64,000 nt of DNA from Phoronis australis (Eukaryota; Animalia; Phoronida). Under the pieces are notes generated by a model. That model was given only the letters and a program-made list of their open reading frames with translations, searched no databases and was not told where the DNA came from. The stretch lies in the NCBI GenBank assembly GCA_002633005.1, contig NMRA01000139.1:814075-878074 (forward strand). Reading direction: 5' to 3'. This document shows, piece by piece, positions 23,701 to 35,700 of this stretch. Made by a program: the position numbers and the translations under genes. How positions within the stretch are numbered: position 1 is the stretch's first letter; every line of letters begins with the position of its first letter.

Positions 23701-26700
23701 GAATTCAACGTAGATTTCCCTTCCTATTAGTATAAGAGAACGAATTGACTTAGTAATGAAAGTAAACAAAGTAAAAAGGACAGTGTCTTAGGAAGTCCGC
23801 AAATACGCATTGGACTGAGGCAAAATAGTTAGGTTCCTATTAGGGACTGTTTAATGCATCTGAGTACAGGTGTCGCTGCTTCCGTATTTGGTATACATGT
23901 CGTCTGTGATGGTGCCACCAGAGGCCATCACACATGTGAAATTGCAAATTCGTGAATCGTTGCATGCCTTTGTTATAGCGCGTTCTGTCACTGATAAAAT
24001 GCGATTTCAATGGCGCCAGAAGATATTCGAGATATCTACCATTTTACTTAGCATCCTAACAGTGGCTGATAACAGAATTTCTCGTTATGGTGAGGATTCT
24101 TTATTCGATTTTAAAATGTATTTAGACTACCGTTACATAAAGCTCGTAGATGTACATATGCAAGATCTCTGTGCATGTCGACCTGTCGCTAGTTCCCGAA
24201 AACAATTCTGACGCTGTAGTTTACCTAACGTATTTTTATATTTCCTTCGGCAACATCCGTTGGGTCTAAACGCTTACAATTCTTCTTCCCGTTCAGTAAA
24301 GCTGAGACCTCGCTAAAAAGAAAGACTTCGCGAGATTGCACAATATGTTACCATGAATTTTATATGAGGACGCGTGACTTTGGTTAGATTTCAGCTAGGG
24401 TTACTGAACGCAGGCCTTATTTCATGCGCGGAGATATTTGCTCTCGAACACACTTTTGATTGACTCATTGCCCTTCAAAGGATACTAAACTTCGTTTTGG
24501 TGACTTTGGCCAATCATCGGTCTGTCACCTGTTATGCATTGTTTGAGTCAATCTTAAATGGCATTATTTTGGTTCAGGGAATTGGATGAGTAACTCGTTT
24601 TAATAGGTTAATAGGTCAAATTCTTTTCATATATAAACGTAAGCGCAAGCTTTGTGCCTTGTGCTGCAGCATGGCACATTCTGCAATTCTTTACCAAAAC
24701 AAATAATATAATCGCGTCGACCTCCTGTCTATACATGGATCTTCGGCGCATAGTTCGTCCTACAAGAAGACGCTCTCGACCGTGCACAAAGAACAACCAA
24801 ATTAAACAGATACCCCTTCGTCTCCCTCGCGTTTTGTGTCGTGAGCTTACTCAAACTGGACGTGCTTCTGGGATGCCTAATACGAAAGTAAATGCGTTCT
24901 ATAATGGCATCCGTTTCATGAAATGTCACATAAAACTATCAATTTGTAAAGACGAAAATTCGGGCTAAGATTGAACACGAAATTTCAGAAAAGACCGCTT
25001 CTTAAACACAAAATTTGGGCTTTCGGTCTAAACTTCGAGAGAAACTAGGTCTGAAGCTCTAAATGAGTACCTATTTACAACATTTTGGATACAATGGGAA
25101 TGAATTCCGTCAACCTGAAAAACCTTGAAATCTGTTTCACAACATTGTTTCGCCTAACACTGACCGACAACAGACTGGAAACGAAAATCTTAATCTCATC
25201 TCATGAAATTACGTCAGACCAAAATTAAGTCCTAAATCGGTCTTAGCTATGGTCGAAAATTAGTCTGTTATAGCGGACTTTTGGTCCAAATGAACAGCAG
25301 TTGCAATAACGATACAGGTAAACTGCTGAGCAACAAATGTTGTTGATTAGTGCCTATATTTCTTCAGAAACTACAACATGTTATGACCGTGACACGGGGT
25401 TATTGGACAAATAGGATGAATTGGACCAAAATAAGGATGTCCTAATTGGTACCTAAGTACCCCAGAAAACGAGGTTCATAAGATCGAATCTTTTTAAACA
25501 AACGTAAGGTCCTTTAGAAATTTGATTTCTAGGACAAGACGCACCAAATAAGAGTGCTACACTTCGACAAATTTCTTTGTAGAGCAACACTTTTTAAAGG
25601 AGTATGCCCACCGATTTAATTAGTCTTTTTTACCGTCTTAATCCGTCTATATCCACATCGCCTCTTATACGGTCGATCTCACCTTGCCGGGAGTTGTTGC
25701 GTTAACATGTGAGGAAGGTGACACAGCGACGGCAGTGGTTCATCTGCAGAGTGAATGCCGCTATATTCTGTTCATCGTTTCCGCTTGTCCGAAATATGAA
25801 GCTGCGAAGAAAGCGGGTATGTGGCTTTTTGAGAGCCCGAAATGCTTAGAAAGTGGCTCGTGGTAGTGAAGAATGAAAAGTACGCTGTTAATAGCAAGTA
25901 TGAGGCCGTGAAACATCTCAGTGTTTGTGGCCGGCATTTCGTCGACAGTGATTTCTCTGACGAAATTCCGGCTTACCAAAGATCTCTCCATACATGTACG
26001 TTCCGTTGCCTGTGCATGTTCACGGTGCCTCTCTAGTATTTCTTGATCAGTGTATTCCGGTTCGAACTGATAGCCAGTGAAACCTAACTATACCACCCCT
26101 GAAGTCTTCGTCGGACGAGCTGTCGAGTAAGTCGGGATTGGCGCCGGGAGAGTTGCCCTGTAGACGTTTATTATTCTGCGTCCGTTTTCAATGAATTATT
26201 CTTACTCTAACCAATGCTTATATAACACTAGAACAAAGTCTGTCTCATTAGATACATTCTGTAATGCCTTCGGAATATTTGTGATTGCAAATGTTTTGAG
26301 AAGCCGTCAATGAATAAACCACTGCGTCACCGGCTTAAAGGCAATGAAGGTAATTGACGGGGCACCGTGCCGTGTGAGCGCATGCTGTTTCAGTGTGTGC
26401 TGACAGAAAGCTGTTCTGAAACAATAACTCGGCTTTATATTGTATGGTCACATGTTAGGGGAATCTTTATTTAGATGTTCCTGCGCCTGTATTTCACGGA
26501 AGAATGATTCGACTTTATCACCAAACAAACCCAAACTCCAGCGATTGACCATGGACCCAATTATTCCCCACCGAACTCCAGGTTACGTTACGTTCAAATA
26601 CATATAAATCCGTAACGTGAAATAAAACAACACGTTTGTTTAAGAACTCGATGTATTTGTAAGGGATTTACATCGAATTTTTATGATTTATTATTTTAAA

Positions 26701-29700
26701 ACGATGAATTCAAGCGATAACTTGACACTAGTAAGCGTGTTGTGAACGGCTGAACAGACTGCGTTTTAACCAATTACGTAATTGATTAATTTCAACATTT
26801 CCGTCTGCCGTTAGGTGTCAGGTAAAACAACTGAACTTGCTGTTATCGAGTGGAACTACTCGATCTAAAATCATACAAATATATTTTTTTGGGGGGGGGG
26901 TGTGGCTAATACAGCATATGCTACAACGCGCCTGCGCTTAACAATAAGTGAGTACCGCGTACAGGAAGAAGGTCGCTGTTATACTTTCAGTGAATCTTGC
27001 TTATAAGAGAAAGACTCACCAAACGGGGGAAAATCCAGGTACGACCGTCAACGACTGGGGAGCCTCTATGAAAGCCGTGGATGGTGACATGAACGGTGAT
27101 TTCGCCGCTGACAGTTGTACCCACACTGGTAAAGTTGCAAGACCCGAATGGACGGTTTCGATTGGTAACGATGGACGCCCACCCAACATCCCTGTTCACC
27201 ATGTGATGATAACTAACAGAATCCTAGCATGTGAGTATGTTTAAGGAATGTTCCTGCCGGTGAAATACATTGTGCCCAATTATAACATGAGAGCCTTACC
27301 ACTGATGCATGGGCGCCGCACCATATGGGTTTGGGGGGAGGGTGGAGGTTATAGCCCCACTTATTTCAGTGATGCGCCACCCATGCTAACTGCATCCTAG
27401 ACTTACTTAAAATTCACCTTCGATGTTTATATTACACGAACGTCGTCAATACCATGTACATGTAGGTCCGTTACTTATGGATAAAGTCGTAGCTGAAACA
27501 AACGGCTATCAGCAAGTGAATTGAAACTGATAGTTTATGTTCCACCATGCACACATGTGCATTCTGCCAAATGTCAAAACCATCCTTAGCTAATTGCTAT
27601 AACTCGTTGATAACAATCTAAAATCGCCAAGCATGTAGAACATGGGAACATACAATGTACATGTAAGTCTCGCTGGAAATAGGATCACCCGAAATCACAC
27701 GAGTGAAATGCGAGCGGTTTGGGGGCGGGTACAGTCGATACCATACCAATGTAATGATCTGGAAAAATTGCAACCACTTAAGTCATCGTCCACAAGGAAT
27801 GTTGGCTTATGTGGTTTCTGTCATGAATTATTGGAATAATTAGGCGTTTCCGTTCCCCTAGGGGAGGTTCGTGAGCAACTGCATGTCTGCTGTTTTAGAT
27901 ACACGTAGCAAGACAATAGCGAAAGAGGCACGGTCACGGAAATGTTCGTGAGATGTCACCGTACACTTTTGTGTAAACGAAGCAGAACATGATCGCACTA
28001 GGTTTATTCGTGAATGGACGTGTACAGAGAGCGCCGCACAGCTACATGTAGGAGTCTACCATACACTGTGCATGTACATGCACAACAGGGACACATCACA
28101 TTTCACTTGGCAGATTACAACCTCCATAGTGCGTCGTGATACGTTCATATTAGCAAATCAATATATGTCCACCAATGCCAAAGTATAACCACTTCTGACG
28201 TTAACATAATAACTCGATTTTCCCTAGATTATCGTTTAAACAACTTCGCCGTTTATACCGTACAAGACAAGTCGACAGACCCTCTACAGAAGCGCCACCT
28301 GTGTTACCACTTCCGTGGAGTATTTCCCAACGGTACACGCCTTCTGACTTGTAAACAAAGGATTCCCAAGGCATCCCGCGTCGAAATAAAGCTTCTCAAG
28401 AAGGAAGAGGAATATCTGACATTATGCGAGGTGGCAATTTTTGACGGAAATCCCGGTGATTGTTTGTGTTTGTGTTAAAGTAATTAACCGGTAAAGAACC
28501 CATTAAGTACATGTACTTCAAAGGAGATATTAAACACGAAGTACAGAAAATAGAGGTCCATGCTTAAAGTATAAAGTGTGATGCTGACGTCGTGGATTTA
28601 CTATTGTTCATCGGCTGCCAGTGATATTGCACGGTCTTGCCCACCCTCCCCGCCGTCTTACATCTACAAATATGTCGCATGCCGCCCATATTCCCGGTCA
28701 ATACTAAATTTGTTCCGCCTCGCACGGCCGTTTGTGCATCCCACTCTGTCGATACTGCTCCCGGCTAACTGCGCTTCCTTAGACGACACCAGCGTCTGAA
28801 CTGGACCAGGGCAGTTTCCAGCTATGATACTGATTTTGCTTATCAACTCAAGTGACATGATAGTGAAACGCGACACTTTTCGCCGCACCTTGTAACTACT
28901 ACAACAATAACGTAAACAGGGCGAACGCCAACTCAATGTTTCAATATGTTAACAGGAACGTGGTCGTTGCTAACTTGACTTATTCCAGTGAGAAATTTGC
29001 GATTTCAATTTTACTTAATTGATTATTTGTGGGTATCTAATGCGCCATGATCCACGCTACAAGAAGTGACAAAAACAATACATGTAGAAAGAAGATAAAA
29101 TGATCAGAAAATAACAGGTAACAGCAAACGGTTCATGATCGATACGGTTTCAAACTCCCCCCCCCCCAAACTTCCCACAGCAAACACGCAATGGGATTGG
29201 TGTTGTGCCGCTTTGAATTAAACCGTGAACAGCATCAGTAATACAGTGTTCCCAATGAAGTTATCAAAAAGTGTTGCATGTACATAGTCAAGATTAAAAA
29301 CCTGTATAAAAACTTGTAGGCACTGTTGCTCAAGCTATTAAACTATTCGTTTACCTATTGAGAGTTATTTAAGTCTCATCTTGGGTTGAGGGTTTGCAGT
29401 CTTAGGTCAACCACCTAGCGGCATCCAACTCAAAACCGCGCAATCGATCCAACGCGTTATCAGTTTGCTGATACAGAAGTTTTTAACTTATGTTGAATCT
29501 GAATATTCCAAAACGAAACACTGGTACAAATTCAAGTAAAACACACCAAAGCATACATGTACGCGGTGCAATATCAGACAATGTATTTCGAAATAGCTAA
29601 TCCAGTGCCTGTTAGGGAATGTCATGCAGGAAACTGTCCTTTAGCGGCAATCGAATTCGCACGACATTAATGAATTCTCTCTAATATCATGCTCTTTACA

Positions 29701-32700
29701 AGCGAAGACATTCTGGCCGAGACTGGGAGCCGAGTCTAAATATGAGCGTGTAGGTACAAAAATCAAATGATACGTTCGCGACATTGCTATGGGCCCGTTT
29801 CAACGAAACAGATTAAGACAAGACAAATCGTAAATTTCACTAGATATTAAGATGACGCTTAAAATTTCCTCAAGACCGTTTCTCGAAATAATTCTTAAGT
29901 TTGACTTACGTTTTTGATACAAGTTTTGTCTTATCTTTGACGATCTTGCCAGCGATGGGAGTTTCAAAGATTGGAAGACAAATCTTAGACTTAGGTATAA
30001 AAGAAACTAAGTCAGTTTCTTGGAACGGACCCATATGCTCTCCAGTTGGTATATATTTAAGAATATTGAGGCAATTGTGTCATTCTGAGAAATCAAACCA
30101 TTTAGGATGGTACAAGCCAGGGACGCGGGATATGAACAGCTTCGTCGACGTTGATTACATGGGTCGACCATGCGCCGGAGCATCCGTGAAAGGAGGACGT
30201 CATTGTCACATGGTTTGGAACGGCCAACGGTTACAAGAACCAAAATGTCTGGTTGGCAAGTCACTTGAAAAGTGCACTATACCGCCTTACTTCAGTGAGT
30301 GTACAGTTCGAGTATGCTATGTAAAATACTTAAAGATTACGAGTACACGAGCACACTCATGTTCCAATGTATACTACGGACGTGGGTATCTGCTGAATAT
30401 GAACCATACTGTAGGATTACCTTCCTTATTCGTGAGAACGTCTGTTTTTTTATTTTATTGTCAATGAAACTTGTCGATCATTAAATACCATAAATCCATA
30501 GAACATGTCATGTTTTTGCAAATTCCTGAGACGGAAAGTATAAAAGCATGCAGGTTTGAATTTATCCCGAGAACAGGTGATATGGAGATCCGACACTTTG
30601 AAAATCGCGCCCTCTGGTGCCACGGTGCATTTTGGGATGGACCCTAGTAACCAATTTGCACTGCCCCAAACAAATTATGCTAAAAGCTTTAACAGCAAAA
30701 TAGGGCGAAGAGGAGCTGAAAATTATTGTTCAAATATTCACCTTGCAACAAGTCCACGTTTGATGCATTTTGTGCTTTCATTTCTACAACGCAACCAACA
30801 TAGCTCGTTTATGAGAGCCCCTGTCACGTCTACTTCTGTCTAATTTTGTTCTTTTACCTTTGTTTTAAGGCCTACCGAGTTCTCGAACACCAGTGACGAC
30901 ACTTGCCTTGCGGTCAATAAGGAAAGCGCTTAACGAGATGGTGATATTTATCGACGCGCTCATGGAAACATCTTTCTTTTTTGGCGAGCGCTTCTCAAGC
31001 TCCATTGCCATCAACACCAAGATGGAGAACAGAGCGTTCATGAGCGAATCCTATCAATTTGAAGTGATCACGGAAAGCGCTTCGAAGCGCTTTCCTCATT
31101 GAACGCAAGGCAGGTTACTCGATTCAAACCCAACACGCAACGCTCCAATTACTTTCAGACATGCGGACCATGTTAGTGCACATGGAACTATTTTTTTCAT
31201 TTATTTGCTGATCGCGTTTTGGAAATGTTGCTTAATTGTATTTGGTTGACAATAGCGAACAGTGGCTGAAACCAGAAGCATTGTTCTACTTAAACTCGAA
31301 TCATACTGATGTATAGCTGATTAAGTGCACGCGGGTTACTTCTCACTGACAGACGATTTCGAGTACAGTACAACATGGGGAGACTGGGGCGCATGTACCG
31401 CGACATGTAGAGGCGCCACTAGACAAAGAAACGAAGTGTGCATCGAACCTGCATGGAAGGGCAAACCATGCCCGCATGCATTTAAAGGGAAGAGTGATGT
31501 AGAACAGTGTGGTAACTTACCTCCATGCGACCGGGACACACAAGGTACATGTCCACATACAGGGCAGGCGTCCAGTAAATTTAAAATAAATTAAAACTAT
31601 TTTGTAGTAGAAAACCGTCAAACTATCAGGGCAAATCCTCCAAAGCAATATTTTATATCATTCAGCAATATGGTTCGTCTACATTTCGACGAAGTCAGGA
31701 GCATTTCGACGAAAACTGGTTACTAAATTTGTCACTTTGTATTTCAATGAATCTTCTGCTAAAGTCAATGTTAACCTTCTACGGCGCATATTCTTCCAAA
31801 TCCCAACGCTCAAAGATTCCGGAATCAGTATGCCTGCACGTGAAGAGCACTTAATTGTTCCACACGGTATATTAATCACTCATGTCATTATTCAGTCCTC
31901 TTGATTCTTCGAAATTGGAGTCGAAAATCTGACCCATTCAACTTTAAAAAAAATATTATAAAACTACGCAAATTTTCCCTCGTTAGATCAAGAAAACCCC
32001 ACCCCTCGAACAATCAACAATTCTTCTCACATTGTTTCACTCTAGCGTATTAAAAATACAAAATATTTAACTTCCGTTCCTCTGCGGCTTAACAAGTTCT
32101 AAAATAGATGAATGATACGGAAAGTCATGCAGCAGAGCATAGGAACATACATGGTAGAGAGTTTTCAATGATGAAATCGCCTTGCCCGCCGCTCGGAATC
32201 AAACTAAAGCAGACCGCGTTTAAACAGCTTGCTCATCAGGATCATTCGCTAACACAACACCGTCAGCAAAGAACGGTTAACATTGCTCTTCTTGCGTAGT
32301 CACTGAGGCGGGAGAAAGTCTGAATGGTAAAATTTTGAGGAAGTGTAACAATGTTGTGATGAATTAGGTACATTGTTTGGGTGAAACTCTTCATTATGGT
32401 GCCAGCAAAGTGAGTTCTGTGGTACAAGGAGAGGGTCTGTTTCTTACAAACACTGCGTAACTCACTTTGTCTTCAAGGTGTTAGTAGAGCAGGTACATGT
32501 ATATTTAGTTCATATTTTTGCAAATTACTTTCCTCGATACATATTTACCGTGGACGCCGAAGTGAAGGCGTACATGTACCTAGGCTGATGAATCTGCTAT
32601 GCGAAAACAGGTCGTCGTCACTCACTCTTGTACAAATACGTGGTAACAGTCCGTTACTTTTTTGTTTGTTGATACTTGCTTATTTGTGAAAACATTAAAG

Positions 32701-35700
32701 GTATTTTCATTAACAGCAGCACAGTAAGTAATTATCAAAAATCCCCTCTAAGTATAAAACGCCGAGAAAACCCTCCTTTAAAAGGTACAGGCAACTTTCT
32801 ACTCAGGTGAGTAAGGGACCTGCGTTTTCACCTTGACAATCGATTCTCTGCATCCACTGATTTAATATATAACACCAGGCGTTGCATATTATTGCAGAGA
32901 GGAGTAACACAAATCCAGACCGCATATTACCAAATGAAACGAGTGGAAAAGATAGGATGCCACAAGGTTGGTCCACTAGGTTATTTCTAATGATCACGCA
33001 AGCTAGAATAAACTTGGCATCGTGCGTCCAGATTTTCAGAAAGATGCGCTGTTCCATAACCCATGGACCAAAAAATGCTCAACCAGTAAAACAGCCCGAT
33101 TGTCCATTGGATATTACTCGGCGAATTATGCGTCACAAAAATTAAACTATCAATGTCACGTTGCTTTTCGTAACTTTTGCATATAGATGAGCACCTTAGG
33201 AGGCAATCGATATTTTCAAGTCATTACAACTCGACCAAATACTACCGTAATCAAAACTGATTTGATCAGTCGTTCGTTCAGTTTCCCAAATCGGCAACTG
33301 GTCACTTTGAAATGCACTGCACCCGCCAGGGATATGACGTCAGGTGGTTGTGTTCTAAACCGTCAAGTTTGAATCCAGCGTGGAATCAGGGTGATTCATA
33401 TGGTCGGAGCTAACATTCCGCGTGGTACCATTTAAGGCTGGCTTCAAAAAAAAAAAATTGCTGGCAAACTCCCGTTGAAATTGTCAGTTTTCTGCAACTA
33501 ACTGTGAATATATTCCATAAAAGCGTTTACTCCAAAACGTATGGAAAACAAGTCTACGGGAATTTCATTTATTTCAGTGAAATTGCGTGGTACAAACAAA
33601 AGCGTGTGATGCAGCATTTCAACTGAAATCTTAGCATTTTTTCTCTCATGGTTTGACGAAATGACCATAACAAGCCTTTGTCTTTGCAGTACCAGAATGT
33701 TCCATACTGTGACACTTCGCGCAATCTCTCATAATCGTTTTCAATAACCATTTTCGTAAAGCTTGTTTCCCAGGGTCGGCTACACAGCCCAGGTTTTTTC
33801 ATTGGCATTGTCTTGTCTTATGGTTACATGTGATATAGCACCCGTTCAATGAACTATTTGTGACTCGCAACTATTGTTTATAAAATTCCTGGCTATATCA
33901 TTCGAAGACTTGTGTAATGTTGACGTTCGCCAAGAAATTTGTCGAGAGCCGCAGTGGGTAATTGGTAACTTACACGTACTTAGAACTAATCAGTGACATA
34001 TTGGTTTCAGGACCTCATATACGCAATGATAGTTCAGTCGAGATCTGGGTTCCCATGATAATAACCGCATCACTTCTGGCGCTGGTGCTTGGCGGAGCGG
34101 GGTGCTTTTTGTATATCCATGACAAAAAATCCAGGTAAGGGTAGAATTGTGACAGGAATCGTAAAAGAGACACGTTTTGCGAACAATCTAAAGTAGATTG
34201 GTACCTGTCCTCCATTCCACGAGTACATGCGTGTGTCTATTACGCGAGCTGTTCTGTACAGACACAGCAAGGACTGGTCGAACGTGACTGGGTAGCATGT
34301 ATGTAATTTCCCAGGCACTACGTGAAAAATTGCGACTCGTACATGTACGCCCATCGACGTTTTATTCATTAAAAATTGTAGAACAACTGGCATTTATTAT
34401 AGTCGTTGGCCAACTGGCATTATCTAGTAACTATTCAAATTATTGAAAGAGGGACAGTCGCCTCACATATCACGCAGTCACCACTGAACAACAATGGGTA
34501 GCCATCCATCAGTCGTGGCAGTGCCAGCCAGTGGTGCACAGTCATCTAAAACTTATTTTCGTTGAAGTGGCTACTTAGCAACACCACCTAACAGCTGCTA
34601 TAGAACATTTCCAAAAATGAAAAATCGATTGAGTCAGTTAAAGATTAGGAAATTTGTATTGAATAGGTCCTTGGCAAATTAAATTTGGTTTGCGGGCTTC
34701 ATGAGGTCTCGTTAAATAAAAGGACTTGGGATTTTTTTGGTGGTAAATAAGAAATCGTTGCATCTGCAGCAGAAAGACCGGAGATGCAAACTGAAAAATG
34801 CCATAACCATACGACTTGTCAGGAAAAGTTTCTCGCTTTTCAAATTGGGTGGTCGCCATGCGACAAGAATGAGCTTAAGCAACCGCTAACTTCCTATTTT
34901 ATATTCCGGTTTTTAACTGAATGTAGTCGAGATATTTTAGTTCGTTCGACGGAATGCATTTATGTTAGTGAACGATAGTCACTTATCATTTTCAATAGGT
35001 TTTAAAATGTTTGGTATTGAAACTACATGAAAAGGGGGATTTTGTGAGCGTATACATGTTCGAAATGATTCTCCAACATTCATTTTGGCACGGGTATAGG
35101 TGACCTTCAGTCCAGTCAAGTTTAATAAACATGTCTTGTTAGTGTATATAACGACCATGCACGTCATGGTTGGGCATCTGACACGGGATGGGGCATGGTT
35201 GTACATGTAGCTCCGAGGACGCGCCTTTGATGAGAACTCTTGAGAGTCTAACTTGACGTCGGTTCTATCTAGAATCGAAAATGGCCATCCCAGATATCCT
35301 CATGGTTCCAAGAGGTGTCAGAGCTGCTGTGGCAGCATTCAATCGTCGAGACCACTACATGCGTCAGCTCAGTTTGGGCAATTCAGCAACTGTATTACAC
35401 TACATATAACAAGACCTCGACAAGTTCTCTGTTCCTGTCCATGCCGAGTTTCTACTGTAATAGCCGCAGAGCATTCTAAATTTCGCTCTACACCTGCAAT
35501 ATTATGTTCTATATTGCACAACGTTCTTCCATCCGTCTGCTGTTGCTTCACGTGCCCTATCTGTCTAAGTCTACCTCTGTTTTTTTTTTTGGTTTCAATG
35601 CGTCACATATTGTCCAATATTGCTACCTACAGTAGATATCGAGCGGTCCTGTTGTCAAAGGCAATGGAATAAGTATTCGCATTCGCTCAATAGAGTTTAG

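Noticed and set aside
24735-24840. Alternative first exon for receptor B (ATG at 24735, phase-1 GTGAGC donor)
   Set aside because: Encodes a basic, non-hydrophobic peptide; 23999-24089 gives a better signal peptide. Not excluded without transcripts.
35253-35672. 139-aa Cys-rich ORF in an intron of receptor B
   Set aside because: No recognisable domain or consistent splice sites; likely chance or a decayed repeat.
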